Assembly (NCBI GenBank): GCA_039794265.1
Contig: JBDIVR010000002.1
Location: 145,146-209,145, forward strand
DNA from: Myxococcota bacterium
GTDB lineage: Bacteria; Myxococcota_A; UBA9160; PR03
Direction: 5' to 3'
Length of the DNA: 64,000 nt
Below, one piece after another: positions 1 through 11,518 of this stretch. Every line of letters starts with the position of its first letter. The first letter of the stretch is position 1. Position numbers and translations under genes: made by a program. The notes beneath the pieces are model-generated. The model saw only the letters and a program-made list of their open reading frames with translations. It was not told the DNA's origin and did no database searches.

Positions 1-302
<302 letters not shown>

Positions 303-337
303 TGGCGGCGCCAGCTGCGTCATCCGGAGTGCAGGGT

Positions 338-2407
338 ATGCCGCGTACGACACCGCTCGAGAAGACCAGGAACATCGGCATCATGGCCCACATCGATGCT
401 GGCAAGACGACCACGACCGAGCGGATCCTGTTCTACACCGGCGTCAACTACAAGATGGGTGAAGTGCACGACGGCGCGGCCACGATGGACTGGATGGAGC
501 AAGAGCAGGAGCGTGGCATCACGATCACGTCGGCAGCGACGACCTGCGCCTGGCAGGACCACAGGATCAACATCATCGACACCCCGGGTCACGTGGATTT
601 CACGATCGAGGTCGAGCGCTCGCTCCGGGTGCTCGATGGCGCGGTCGCCGTCTTCGACGCCGTTGCCGGTGTCGAGCCGCAATCGGAGACCGTCTGGCGC
701 CAGGCGGACAAGTACCGGGTGCCGCGCATTGCGTTCATCAACAAGATGGATCGGACCGGCGCGGACTTCGACCGCTGTCTCGACATGATGCGCGATCGGC
801 TCTCGGCAAATCCGGTGCCCGTCCAGATTCCGATCGGCGCCGAGGACGCCTTCGTCGGCGTCATCGACCTGATCGACCAGCAGGCGATCCGATGGGACGA
901 CGAGGCTCTCGGCGCCGAGTTCCGCGTGGGTCCCGCCCCCGCGGAGATGCAGCCGGCGATCGAGGCAGCGCGCGAGCGTCTGATCGAGGCGGCCGCCGAG
1001 AGCGACGAGACGTTGACCACGATGTATCTCGAGGGTCAGCCGATCTCCGCGAGCCAGATCCGCAAGGCGCTGCGCGAGGCGACGCTCCGGCTCGACGTCG
1101 TTCCGGTGCTGTGCGGCGCGGCGTTCAAGAACAAGGGCATCCAGCCGCTCCTCGATGCCGTGGTCTCCTTCCTTCCGTCGCCGATGGAAGTCCCCGCGAT
1201 GGAAGGGACGGACCCGCGAACCGGTGAGCCGCGGACACGGAAGGCCGACGACGGCGCTCCGTTCTCCGCACTGGTCTTCAAGCTGATGTCGGACAAGCAC
1301 GTCGGCCACCTCGCCTACATGCGCGTCTACTCGGGTTCGGTCGCGAGCGGACAGGCCGTCCTCAACGTGCGACGCGATCGCAAGGAACGCATCGGGCGGC
1401 TGCTCCAGATGCACGCCAACAAGCGTCAGGAGATTCCGGAGGCGTTCGCCGGCGACATCGTGGCCGTCGTGGGTCTCAAGACGGTTTCGACGGGCGATAC
1501 CCTTTGCGACCCGAAGCACCCGATCGCACTCGAGCCGATCGAGTTCCCGGAGCCGGTGATTTCGATCGCGATCGAGCCGAAGACCCAGGCCGACCTCGAT
1601 CGCCTCGGCGAATCGCTCGAGCGACTCGCGCAGGAGGATCCGTCGTTCCGCGTCACCAGCGATCCGGAGACGGGTCAGACGCTGATCGCCGGCATGGGCG
1701 AGCTCCACCTCGAGATCATCTGCGACCGGCTGCTCCGCGAGTTCAAGGTCGACGCGAATGTCGGCCCGCCGCAGGTGGCCTACAAGGAGACGCTGACGCA
1801 GACGGTGCGGGCCGAAGGCCGCTATATCAAGCAGACCGGTGGTTCTGGCGACTACGGCGTCGTCACCATCGAGGTGGCGCCGAATGCGGCCGGCAAGGGC
1901 TTCGCCTTCGAAGACGCGACCAAGGGCGCGCCGATTCCCCGCGAGTTCGTCCCCGCCGTTCGGCAGGGCTGCGAGGAAGCGCTCCAGAGCGGGGAGCTCG
2001 GCGGCTATCCGGTGGTCGACGTGTCCGTTCGGCTGCTCGATGGCCAGGCGCACGACGTCGACTCGTCGGAGCGTTCGTTCAAGATTGCCGGATCGCTCGC
2101 GGTGAAGGAAGCGATGCGGCGCGCCGGGCCGGTGCTGCTCGAGCCGATCATGCGCGTCGAGGTCGTGACCCCCGGTGACTTCGTCGGGCCAGTACAAGGC
2201 GACCTGAACGGGCGGCGCGGCCAGCTCACGGCGCTCGAGATGCTCGGCTCGGCCCAGGTGATCCGCGCCGAGGTGCCGCTGGCGGCAATGTTCGGATACG
2301 TGAACAACTTACGTTCGATGACGCAGGGTCGGGCAACCTACACCATGCAGTTTTCGCACTACGCGCCGGTTCCGCCCGTGGTAGCTGCGAAGATCGTCAA
2401 CCGGTAA
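338..2407 (+). CDS. fusA: Elongation factor G
   Basis: ATG at 338 gives [35 protein letters not shown] (G1 motif AHIDAGKTT), with DTPGHVDF and the full 689-aa EF-G architecture. The longer track ORF starting at 137 overlaps rpsG and was rejected. Confidence 0.97.
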   Translation: MPRTTPLEKTRNIGIMAHIDAGKTTTTERILFYTGVNYKMGEVHDGAATMDWMEQEQERGITITSAATTCAWQDHRINIIDTPGHVDFTIEVERSLRVLDGAVAVFDAVAGVEPQSETVWRQADKYRVPRIAFINKMDRTGADFDRCLDMMRDRLSANPVPVQIPIGAEDAFVGVIDLIDQQAIRWDDEALGAEFRVGPAPAEMQPAIEAARERLIEAAAESDETLTTMYLEGQPISASQIRKALREATLRLDVVPVLCGAAFKNKGIQPLLDAVVSFLPSPMEVPAMEGTDPRTGEPRTRKADDGAPFSALVFKLMSDKHVGHLAYMRVYSGSVASGQAVLNVRRDRKERIGRLLQMHANKRQEIPEAFAGDIVAVVGLKTVSTGDTLCDPKHPIALEPIEFPEPVISIAIEPKTQADLDRLGESLERLAQEDPSFRVTSDPETGQTLIAGMGELHLEIICDRLLREFKVDANVGPPQVAYKETLTQTVRAEGRYIKQTGGSGDYGVVTIEVAPNAAGKGFAFEDATKGAPIPREFVPAVRQGCEEALQSGELGGYPVVDVSVRLLDGQAHDVDSSERSFKIAGSLAVKEAMRRAGPVLLEPIMRVEVVTPGDFVGPVQGDLNGRRGQLTALEMLGSAQVIRAEVPLAAMFGYVNNLRSMTQGRATYTMQFSHYAPVPPVVAAKIVNR

Positions 2408-2450
2408 CGCGGCGTCTCTGCGCCGCCCCAGTTCAGAGGAGCGAACAGTC

Positions 2451-3641
<1,191 letters not shown>

Positions 3642-3652
3642 CGACGCCCTCG

Positions 3653-3775
3653 ATAGGAACGCAGGCGGCGCAGCCGCTGGCCCGCTGGGTCATAGAACGC
3701 AGGCGGCGCAGCCGCTGGCCCGCTGGGTCATAGAACGCAGGCGGCATAGCCGCTGGCCCGCTGGGTCATAGAACC
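3653..3775. repeat. Tandem repeat: 38-bp unit x3 plus an 8-bp partial copy, in the tuf-rpsJ spacer
   Basis: Unit ATAGAACGCAGGCGGCGCAGCCGCTGGCCCGCTGGGTC. Copies lie at 3653-3691 (one extra G), 3692-3729 and 3730-3767 (GC->AT at 3746-3747), with a partial copy at 3768-3775. Confidence 0.92.
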
Positions 3776-3789
3776 GGAAGGACTTCCCA

Positions 3790-4107
<318 letters not shown>

Positions 4108-4110
4108 GCC

Positions 4111-4764
4111 ATGGCAACCCAGGAACTCCTCAGCGCAACGGGCAAGGCTGGCAGCGTCGAGCTGGATCCGGCGATCTTCGAGGCGCCGGTCAAGAAGCAT
4201 CTGTTCCATGCGGAGGTGCGGCGACAGCTCGCGAAGCGTCAGGCCGGGACCCACTCGACGAAGAACCGCTCGGCGGTTTCGGGTGGCGGCACCAAGCCGT
4301 GGCGGCAGAAGGGGACCGGCCGCGCGCGTCAGGGATCGATCCGCGCTCCGCAATGGGCGGGCGGCGGAGCGGTCTTCGGACCGGTTCCGCGGTCCCACGC
4401 GCACGAGCTTCCGAAGAAGGTGCGACGGGCGGCGCTGCGCAGCGCGCTCTCGCTTCGCTGCAAGGAAGGCGCTCTGCTGGCGGTTGATTCGCTGGCGCTC
4501 GACGAGCCCAAGACGAAGCAGATCGTGGAGCGGCTCGGGAAGCTCGGTCTCGACGGCAGTGCGTCGGTGCTCATCGTCGTCGCCGGTCCGGATCCCGCCG
4601 TCGAGCGAGCCGCTCGCAACCTGCGCTGGGTCAGCGTGCTGCGCGCCGAGGGGCTCAATACCTACGACGTGCTGCGGCACCGCCGGCTGCTGTTGACCCA
4701 GGCGGCGCTCGAGGCCGTCCACGCGCGGCTCGGGGACGGGCCGGCGGAGGAGACACAGTCGTGA
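4111..4764 (+). CDS. rplD: 50S ribosomal protein uL4
   Basis: [29 protein letters not shown] motif; 217 aa. It starts 3 nt after the rpsJ stop. Confidence 0.95.
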   Translation: MATQELLSATGKAGSVELDPAIFEAPVKKHLFHAEVRRQLAKRQAGTHSTKNRSAVSGGGTKPWRQKGTGRARQGSIRAPQWAGGGAVFGPVPRSHAHELPKKVRRAALRSALSLRCKEGALLAVDSLALDEPKTKQIVERLGKLGLDGSASVLIVVAGPDPAVERAARNLRWVSVLRAEGLNTYDVLRHRRLLLTQAALEAVHARLGDGPAEETQS

Positions 4765-5048
4765 GGCCGGACCAGATCATCCAGCGTCCGCTGGTGACGG
4801 AGAAGAGCACGCTCGCGCGCGAGGAGCGCAACGAGGTGACGTTCGCCGTCGACCTCCGAGCCAGCAAGCACGAGGTGCAGCGCGCGATCGAGGAGCTCTT
4901 CTCGGTGAACGTCGAGGAGGTCCGCACGATGCGGATGCCCCGCAAGATGCGGCGCGTCGGGCGTTTCCTGGGTGCCCGGCCGCAGTGGAAGAAGGCAGTG
5001 GTACGGCTCGCCGAGGGCCAGACCATCGAATTCTTCGAGGGAGTGTGA
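4761..5048 (+). CDS. rplW: 50S ribosomal protein uL23
   Basis: GTG start overlapping the rplD stop; [42 protein letters not shown]. Confidence 0.95.
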   Translation: MRPDQIIQRPLVTEKSTLAREERNEVTFAVDLRASKHEVQRAIEELFSVNVEEVRTMRMPRKMRRVGRFLGARPQWKKAVVRLAEGQTIEFFEGV

Positions 5049-5881
5049 TGCCGGTCAAGGTCTACAACCCGACGTCCCCTGGCCGACGCCAGATGAGCGT
5101 GCTCGACTTCTCGGAGCTGACCAAGAAGGCGCCCGAGAAGTCCCTGCTTGCAGGACGCACCGACCAGCGCGGCGGACGGAACAACAAGGGCAGCGTGACG
5201 GTCCGATTCCAGGGCGGCGGTCACAAGCGGCGCTACCGCATGATCGATTTCAAGCGAAACAAGACTGGGATCCCGGCGACGGTCGCGGCGATCGAGTACG
5301 ACCCGAACCGCTCGGCCCACATCGCGCTGCTGCACTATGCCGACGGCGAGAAGCGCTACATCCTGGCGCCGGCGGGTCTGCGCACAGGCGCCACGGTCAT
5401 GTCGGGTCCCGATGCGGAGATCCATCCCGGCAATGCCATGCCGCTGGCGAACCTCCCGCTCGGCACCGTCGTTCACAACGTGGAGCTGAAGCCGGGCCGC
5501 GGCGGCCAGCTGGTGCGTTCCGCCGGCGTCGGCGCGCAGCTGATGGCTCGCGAGGGCGGCCTCGCCACGCTGCGCATGCCGAGCGGGGAACAGCGCTACG
5601 TGCGCGTGCAGTGCATGGCCACGATCGGCCAGGTCGGGAACGTCGACCACGAGAACGTGAAGATCGGCAAGGCCGGCCGGGCGCGTTGGCTCGGGCGGAT
5701 GCCGCACAACCGCGGCGTCACGATGAACCCGGTCGACCACCCGATGGGCGGCGGCGAGGGACGTTCCTCGGGTGGCCGGCACCCGTGTACGCCCTGGGGT
5801 GTGCCCACGAAGGGTCACAAGACCCGCACCAATCAGCGGACCGACAAGTTCATCGTCAAGCGACGCGGAAAGGGCAGGTAG
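5048..5881 (+). CDS. rplB: 50S ribosomal protein uL2
   Basis: ATG 5048 overlaps the rplW stop. [18 protein letters not shown]...[15 protein letters not shown]...[21 protein letters not shown]. Confidence 0.97.
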   Translation: MPVKVYNPTSPGRRQMSVLDFSELTKKAPEKSLLAGRTDQRGGRNNKGSVTVRFQGGGHKRRYRMIDFKRNKTGIPATVAAIEYDPNRSAHIALLHYADGEKRYILAPAGLRTGATVMSGPDAEIHPGNAMPLANLPLGTVVHNVELKPGRGGQLVRSAGVGAQLMAREGGLATLRMPSGEQRYVRVQCMATIGQVGNVDHENVKIGKAGRARWLGRMPHNRGVTMNPVDHPMGGGEGRSSGGRHPCTPWGVPTKGHKTRTNQRTDKFIVKRRGKGR

Positions 5882-6160
5882 GTGGCACGTTCGCTCAAGA
5901 AAGGACCGTTCGTCGACCCGAGCCTGCAGCGCAAGCTCGACAAGGCATCGAGTTCAGGTGCGAAGCAGGCGATCCGGACCTGGTCGCGCCGGTCGATGAT
6001 CACGCCGGACATGATCGGGATCACGTTCCAGGTCCACAACGGCAAGCTTTTCGTGCCGGTGTACGTGACGGAGAACATGGTGAGCCACCGGCTCGGCGAG
6101 TTCGCTCCGACGCGGAAGTTCACCGGTCACTCCTCGGACAAGAAGGTCAAGAGGGGCTAG
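5882..6160 (+). CDS. rpsS: 30S ribosomal protein uS19
   Basis: GTG start immediately after the rplB stop; [11 protein letters not shown]...[39 protein letters not shown]. Confidence 0.97.
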   Translation: MARSLKKGPFVDPSLQRKLDKASSSGAKQAIRTWSRRSMITPDMIGITFQVHNGKLFVPVYVTENMVSHRLGEFAPTRKFTGHSSDKKVKRG

Positions 6161-6164
6161 CGCG

Positions 6165-6509
6165 ATGGTGACGGCAAGACTCAAGGGAATCCGCGGCAGT
6201 GCGCGCAAGGCGCGACTCGTGGCGGACATGATCCGCGGCAAGGGCGTCGAGGACGCGCTGCACATCCTCGACCAGACGCCGCGCCGCGCGGCCCGTCCGA
6301 TGGCGAAGCTGGTGCGCTCGGCGCTGTCGAACGCGGAGCAGAAGAACGACCGCGAGAAGAGCGGCATCGACGTGGACAACCTGGTGATCCGGGAGCTGCG
6401 CGTGGACGAGGGACCGAGCACGTGGCGCATCCGTCCGCGTGCCCAGGGCCGGGCCTATTGGATCCAGAAGCGGTCGAGCCATTACACGCTCGTCCTCGGG
6501 GAGCGCTGA
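6165..6509 (+). CDS. rplV: 50S ribosomal protein uL22
   Basis: [32 protein letters not shown]...[24 protein letters not shown]. Confidence 0.95.
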   Translation: MVTARLKGIRGSARKARLVADMIRGKGVEDALHILDQTPRRAARPMAKLVRSALSNAEQKNDREKSGIDVDNLVIRELRVDEGPSTWRIRPRAQGRAYWIQKRSSHYTLVLGER

Positions 6510-6511
6510 GC

Positions 6512-7189
6512 ATGGGACAGAAGGTCCACCCGTACGGTTTCCGGATCGGCACCCTCTACGGGTGGCAGTCCAACTGGTTCTCGGAGCGACGCTACGCGGT
6601 GCAGCTCCACGAGGACGTTCGCATCCGCCGCTTCATCAAGAAGAAGCTCTACCACGCCGGAATCTCGAAGGTCGTCATCGAGCGGACTGGCGAGAAGGTC
6701 GTCGTCAACATCCACACCGCGCGCCCCGGGATCCTGATCGGCAAGCGCGGGGCCGAGGTGGATGCGCTCCGCAAGGAGGTGGCGGCGCACACGACGGGCG
6801 AGGTCTTCATCAACATCAAGGAGATCCGCAAGGCGGAACTCGACGCGCTGCTGGTCGCCGAGAACATCGCGATGCAGCTCGAGCGCCGAGTGGCGTTCCG
6901 GCGGGCGATGAAGAAGGCCGTGACCGCCACCATGAAGTTCGGCGCGCAAGGCGTCCGGATCCAGTGCGCCGGTCGTCTCGGCGGCGCGGAGATGGGTCGC
7001 TGTGAGTGGTACCGGGAAGGTCGCGTCCCGCTGCACACGCTGCGCGCGGACATCGACTACGGCCTCGCGGAGGCGAAGACCACCCACGGCGTCATCGGCG
7101 TGAAGGTCTGGATCTTCAAGGGTGACATCGCCGACAAGGATCTGCGTCGCGGGACCTTGGCTACCCGCCTGTCGGACGAGGGGCGCTGA
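6512..7189 (+). CDS. rpsC: 30S ribosomal protein uS3
   Basis: ATG 6512 gives [23 protein letters not shown], with a KH domain and the [30 protein letters not shown] motif. Confidence 0.96.
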   Translation: MGQKVHPYGFRIGTLYGWQSNWFSERRYAVQLHEDVRIRRFIKKKLYHAGISKVVIERTGEKVVVNIHTARPGILIGKRGAEVDALRKEVAAHTTGEVFINIKEIRKAELDALLVAENIAMQLERRVAFRRAMKKAVTATMKFGAQGVRIQCAGRLGGAEMGRCEWYREGRVPLHTLRADIDYGLAEAKTTHGVIGVKVWIFKGDIADKDLRRGTLATRLSDEGR

Positions 7190-7192
7190 GTC

Positions 7193-7609
7193 ATGCTGCA
7201 GCCGAAGAAGGTCAAGTACCGGAAGATGATGAAGGGAAGGATCCGCGGAGCCGCGCAGCGCGGCGCGACGGTCTCCTTCGGTGACTACGGCCTCCAGGTC
7301 ATCCAGTCCGGCAAGATCACGGCGCGCCAGATCGAGGCGGCCCGGATCGCGATGACCCGCCACGTCAAGCGCGGCGGCAAGGTCTGGATCCGGATCTTTC
7401 CGGACAAGCCGGTCACGAAGAAGCCCGCCGAGACCCGAATGGGCAAGGGCAAGGGCGCCGTCGAGGAGTGGGTCGCGGTCGTGCGCCGCGGGCGGATCCT
7501 CTACGAGATGGAAGGCGTCCCGCGAGAGATCGCGTCCGAGGCGCTGCGGTTGGCGGCTCACAAGCTGCCGCTGCGCACGCGCTTCGTGTCGCGGGAGGAG
7601 ATCGCGTGA
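7193..7609 (+). CDS. rplP: 50S ribosomal protein uL16
   Basis: [19 protein letters not shown]...[45 protein letters not shown]. Confidence 0.97.
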   Translation: MLQPKKVKYRKMMKGRIRGAAQRGATVSFGDYGLQVIQSGKITARQIEAARIAMTRHVKRGGKVWIRIFPDKPVTKKPAETRMGKGKGAVEEWVAVVRRGRILYEMEGVPREIASEALRLAAHKLPLRTRFVSREEIA

Positions 7610-7803
7610 GGGCATCCGAGCTGAACGAGCTCACCCCGGACGAGCTGCAGGCGAAGGCCGCCGAGCTGCGCCGCGAGCATTTCACCGCCAAGGTCCGACA
7701 CGCCACGGGGCAGCTGGAGAACACCGCCCGTCTGCGTGTGCTGCGGCGCGACATTGCGAGGGTCGAGACGGCCCTGCGCGCGAGGGCTGGAGCGAGCCGA
7801 TGA
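7606..7803 (+). CDS. rpmC: 50S ribosomal protein uL29
   Basis: GTG 7606 overlaps the rplP stop. (V)[54 protein letters not shown]; 65 aa. Confidence 0.9.
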   Translation: MRASELNELTPDELQAKAAELRREHFTAKVRHATGQLENTARLRVLRRDIARVETALRARAGASR

Positions 7804-8063
7804 TGGAACGAGGACAGCGACGAACGCTCGACGGCACCGTCGTCAGCGACAAGATGGACAAGACCGTCGTGGTGCGGGTCGAGCGCCTGGTCAGGGATCC
7901 CCACTACGAAAAGTATGTCCGGCACTACTCGCGCTTCATGGCGCATGATCCCGAGAACGCCTGCCAGGTCGGGGATCGGGTCCGGATCATCGAACACAGG
8001 CCCCTCTCGAAGCGGAAGCGTTGGAAGGTGCAGTCGACGTTGTCCAAGGCCAAGGGAGTCTGA
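7800..8063 (+). CDS. rpsQ: 30S ribosomal protein uS17
   Basis: [69 protein letters not shown]. Confidence 0.95.
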   Translation: MMERGQRRTLDGTVVSDKMDKTVVVRVERLVRDPHYEKYVRHYSRFMAHDPENACQVGDRVRIIEHRPLSKRKRWKVQSTLSKAKGV

Positions 8064-8100
8064 ACTTCCGGGTTTCCCGGTGGTCGGATCGGAGTCGTTC

Positions 8101-8469
8101 ATGGTGCAACAAGAATCAGTTCTCGAGGTCGCGGACAACTCCGGGGCGCGTAAGGTGGCCTGCATCCGCGTCCTCGGGGGGTCGGGACGTCGCTACGCCT
8201 CGATCGGCGACATCATCGTCGTGTCGGTGAAGGATGCGATTCCGAACGGGCGAGTGAAGAAGGGTGAAGTCCGGAAGGCGGTCGTCGTGCGAACCGCGCA
8301 GGGGATCGCGCGCCAGGATGGTTCCTACATCAAGTTCGACGACAATGCGGCCGTGCTGCTCGACAACCAGCGGGAGCCGGTGGGCACGCGCATCTTCGGA
8401 CCGGTGGCGCGCGAACTGCGGGCGCGTCGCTTCATGAAGATCATCTCGCTGGCTCCGGAGGTGCTCTGA
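8101..8469 (+). CDS. rplN: 50S ribosomal protein uL14
   Basis: ATG 8101 gives [48 protein letters not shown]...[12 protein letters not shown]. Confidence 0.97.
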   Translation: MVQQESVLEVADNSGARKVACIRVLGGSGRRYASIGDIIVVSVKDAIPNGRVKKGEVRKAVVVRTAQGIARQDGSYIKFDDNAAVLLDNQREPVGTRIFGPVARELRARRFMKIISLAPEVL

Positions 8470-9011
8470 TGCGTCCGCGTCTCCAAGAACGCTATCGCAC
8501 CGAGATCGTGAGTCGGCTCTCCGAGGAGTTCGGCTATCGCAACGTCCATCAGGTTCCGCGCGTCGAGAAGGTCGTCGTGAACATGGGCGTCGGAGCGGCG
8601 ACGCAGAATCCGAAGCTGGTCGAGAAGGCCACGGAGGAGCTCGCTTCGATCACGGGACAGAAGCCGATCGTGCGCAAGGCGCGCAAGTCGATCGCGAACT
8701 TCAAGCTCCGCCAGGGCCAGCCCATCGGCGCGATGGTGACGCTTCGCGGCGAGCGGATGTGGGAGTTCCTGGACCGCCTGCTGACGGTGGCGTTGCCTCG
8801 TGTCCGCGACTTCAAGGGGGTGTCCCCGAAAGCCTTCGACGGACGCGGGAACTACACCCTCGGGATCCGCGAGCAGATCATCTTCCCGGAGGTGAACTAC
8901 GACTCCGTCGAGAAGATCACCGGACTCAACGTGACGGTCTGTACGACCGCTCGAAGCGATGCCGAGGGGAAGGCGCTGTTGGGCCACCTCGGGATGCCGT
9001 TCCGACAGTGA
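8469..9011 (+). CDS. rplE: 50S ribosomal protein uL5
   Basis: The ATG overlaps the rplN stop by 1 nt (TGATG). [58 protein letters not shown]. Confidence 0.97.
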   Translation: MRPRLQERYRTEIVSRLSEEFGYRNVHQVPRVEKVVVNMGVGAATQNPKLVEKATEELASITGQKPIVRKARKSIANFKLRQGQPIGAMVTLRGERMWEFLDRLLTVALPRVRDFKGVSPKAFDGRGNYTLGIREQIIFPEVNYDSVEKITGLNVTVCTTARSDAEGKALLGHLGMPFRQ

Positions 9012-9054
9012 GAAGCTCGATGCTGCGATGCCCCTCGAGCGTGAGGACCGACCG

Positions 9055-9450
9055 ATGATGAACGACCCGATCGGCGACATGCTCGCCCGCATCCGAAACG
9101 GAGCGCTGGCGCGCCACAACGCCGTATCGCTACCGCATTCGAAGCTCAAGCTCGCCGTCGCCCGTGTGCTGGCCGACGGTGGCTTCCTGGGCGGCGTCCG
9201 TGAGGACGAGAGCGAGGGGTTCCCGGTCCTGGTTCTCGATCTTCGCTACGGCGAGGACGGTCGGGGTCTGATCGACGGGCTGCGACGCGTCAGCAAGCCG
9301 AGCCGACGCGTCTATGTCGGCAAGGACGAAATCCCCCGGGTCCGGAACGGACTCGGAATCGCGGTTCTCTCGACCTCGAAGGGCGTGCTTTCCGATCGCG
9401 CTGCTCGCGAGGCCGAGGTGGGCGGCGAAATCCTCTGCGAGGTCTGGTGA
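9055..9450 (+). CDS. rpsH: 30S ribosomal protein uS8
   Basis: ATG 9055 (or 9058) gives MMNDPIGDMLARIRNGALARHNAVSLPHSKLKLAVARVL...GIAVLSTSKGVLSDRAAREAEVGGEILCEVW. Confidence 0.95.
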   Translation: MMNDPIGDMLARIRNGALARHNAVSLPHSKLKLAVARVLADGGFLGGVREDESEGFPVLVLDLRYGEDGRGLIDGLRRVSKPSRRVYVGKDEIPRVRNGLGIAVLSTSKGVLSDRAAREAEVGGEILCEVW

Positions 9451-9989
9451 TGTCGCGAATCGGGCGAAGACCCGTGACGATCCCGTCTGGGGTCACGATC
9501 GAGCAGGCTCGCGGGGAGATCCACGTGAAGGGTCCGAAGGGAAGCCTCAGCGCTCCGCTGCCGCCGTCTGTCGCCATCGAAGTCGAGGGCGGCGTCGTAC
9601 GCTTCGCGCGACTCGACGAGCGCAAGCCGTCGCGCGCATACCACGGTCTCGCGCGCGCAACGGTCGCGAACATGGTCCAGGGCGTGACGGAAGGGTTCAC
9701 GCGAGAGCTGCAGATCGAGGGTGTCGGGTATCGCGCCGAGGCATCCGGCAAGAAGCTGTCGCTGGCGCTCGGATTCTCGCATCCCGTGGTGGTGGACGTG
9801 CCAGAAGGCCTGGCCGTGACCGTCGAGGGTCAGCATCGGATCCGCATCCAGGGCATCGACCGGTCTCGAGTCGGCCAGTTCGCGTCGGAGATCCGCTCCC
9901 TCCGGCCGCCGGAGCCCTACAAGGGCAAGGGCGTGCGCTACACGGACGAGCGGATTCGGCGCAAGGTCGGCAAGGCCGGGGCTTCCTAG
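9447..9989 (+). CDS. rplF: 50S ribosomal protein uL6
   Basis: Start at GTG 9447 or ATG 9450, overlapping the rpsH stop. SRIGRRPVTIPSGVTIE...YRAEASGKKLSLALGFSHPV...PEPYKGKGVRYTDERIRRK. Confidence 0.95.
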   Translation: MMSRIGRRPVTIPSGVTIEQARGEIHVKGPKGSLSAPLPPSVAIEVEGGVVRFARLDERKPSRAYHGLARATVANMVQGVTEGFTRELQIEGVGYRAEASGKKLSLALGFSHPVVVDVPEGLAVTVEGQHRIRIQGIDRSRVGQFASEIRSLRPPEPYKGKGVRYTDERIRRKVGKAGAS

Positions 9990-9999
9990 TGAGGGTTCC

Positions 10000-10371
10000 A
10001 TGAAGGCGAAGGTTCGAAATCCGAGCGCTGCCAAGTGGCAGGCTCGCAAGACGCGAGTCGTCCGGTCCGTTCGCGGAAGCACGCGCGTGCAGCTGGTCAT
10101 CTTCCGCAGCGCGAAGCACATGTATGCCCAGCTCGTCGATCCCGAGACGGGGAAGACGCTGGCCGGCGTGTCGACACGCACGCCGAGTGTGTCGCAGGGA
10201 CTCAGCGCGACCGGCAACCTCGAGGCGGCCAAGCGCGTCGGCAAGGCGATCGCCGAGCTGGCGCGCGCGCGCAGCGTCGAAGCGGTGGTGTTCAACCGCA
10301 ATGGTTTTCTCTACCACGGCCGCGTGAAGGCACTCGCCGATGCGGCCCGCGAAGCGGGGCTCCAGTTCTGA
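10000..10371 (+). CDS. rplR: 50S ribosomal protein uL18
   Basis: [31 protein letters not shown]...[28 protein letters not shown]. Confidence 0.95.
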   Translation: MKAKVRNPSAAKWQARKTRVVRSVRGSTRVQLVIFRSAKHMYAQLVDPETGKTLAGVSTRTPSVSQGLSATGNLEAAKRVGKAIAELARARSVEAVVFNRNGFLYHGRVKALADAAREAGLQF

Positions 10372-10372
10372 T

Positions 10373-10900
10373 ATGCCCACGATCCGACGCGACCGGCTCA
10401 ATCCGAACGACTACGAACTCACGGACCGGGTGGTGCACATCAACCGCGTGGCGAAGGTGGTGAAGGGCGGCCGTCGCTTCAGCTTCAGCGCCCTCATCGT
10501 CGTGGGCGACGCCAACGGTGTCGTCGGCGCCGGTCTCGGCAAGGCGGGCGAGGTTCCCGAGGCGATCCGAAAAGGCGTCGAGCGGGCGCGCAAGAACCTG
10601 CTCCGGGTGCCGCTGCAGGGTGGAACGCTTCCCCACGAAGTGCTCGGCCACTTCGGAGCCGGCCTCGTGCTGCTGCGACCTGCGTCCGCAGGGACGGGCG
10701 TGATCGCGGGCGGAGGCGTCCGCGCCGTGCTCGAGGCGGCTGGCGTTCAGGACGTGCTGACGAAGAGCCTCGGCACCAGCAATCCCCACAACGTGGTGCA
10801 CGCGACGATGGCGGCGCTCGGCGAGCTGCGCGACCCCGAGGAGCGGCTCCGTGCGCTCGGACGCGAAGTCCGCGGCGAGCTCGAGGAGGCGACGGCATGA
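10373..10900 (+). CDS. rpsE: 30S ribosomal protein uS5
   Basis: ATG 10373; [54 protein letters not shown]. Confidence 0.95.
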   Translation: MPTIRRDRLNPNDYELTDRVVHINRVAKVVKGGRRFSFSALIVVGDANGVVGAGLGKAGEVPEAIRKGVERARKNLLRVPLQGGTLPHEVLGHFGAGLVLLRPASAGTGVIAGGGVRAVLEAAGVQDVLTKSLGTSNPHNVVHATMAALGELRDPEERLRALGREVRGELEEATA

Positions 10901-11073
10901 GCAAGCTGCGTGTGACATGGGTGAAGAGCGCGATCGGCTCGAACGAGCGCCAGCGGGCGACGCTCCGCGGACTCGGTCTGCGGCGGCTGAACCAGAGCGT
11001 CGATTTGAGCGATGCGCCCGCCGTGCGCGGCATGATTCGCAAGGTGCTGCACCTCGTGCGAGTGGAGGAGTGA
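10897..11073 (+). CDS. rpmD: 50S ribosomal protein uL30
   Basis: Hand-translated 58-aa ORF, below the track cutoff: [58 protein letters not shown]. The ATG overlaps the rpsE stop (ATGA). Confidence 0.9.
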   Translation: MSKLRVTWVKSAIGSNERQRATLRGLGLRRLNQSVDLSDAPAVRGMIRKVLHLVRVEE

Positions 11074-11077
11074 TCTG

Positions 11078-11518
11078 ATGTTGGACCGGCTCGAGCCCCG
11101 ACCGGGAGCGCGGACACGGCATCGCCGACCGCGAGGGCCCGGCTGCGGCTTCGGAAAGACGGCAGGGCGGGGCACCAAGGGCCAGGGTCACCGCTCGCGC
11201 GGCAAGCCGACGGGCCTCCACTTCGAAGGCGGCCAGATGCCGCTCGTCCGGCGGATCCGCAAGTACGGGTTCAAGCGCCCCCAGCGCGTCGAGGCCCAGA
11301 TCGTGAACGTCGGCGCGCTCTCGGTGTTCGGCGACGGGGCCACGATCGAGGTCGCCTCGTTGCAGGAGCGCGGACTCGTCCGTGCCGGCGATTCGCCGGT
11401 GAAACTCCTCGCGCTCGGCGAGGCGCCCCGCAACCTGACGGTACGGGTGCACGGCGCCAGCGCCTCCGCCCGCCAGAAGATCGAGGCGGCGGGCGGAAGG
11501 GTGGAGATCCTCGAGTGA
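11078..11518 (+). CDS. rplO: 50S ribosomal protein uL15
   Basis: LDRLEPRPGARTRHRRPRGPGCGFGKTAGRGTKGQGHRSRGK...FEGGQMPLVRRIRKYGF. Confidence 0.95.
   Translation: MLDRLEPRPGARTRHRRPRGPGCGFGKTAGRGTKGQGHRSRGKPTGLHFEGGQMPLVRRIRKYGFKRPQRVEAQIVNVGALSVFGDGATIEVASLQERGLVRAGDSPVKLLALGEAPRNLTVRVHGASASARQKIEAAGGRVEILE

Noticed and set aside
3653-3775. The possibility that the 38-bp repeats are a small CRISPR array.
   Set aside because: The copies are directly abutting with no spacers, and no cas genes are present. This is a plain tandem repeat.
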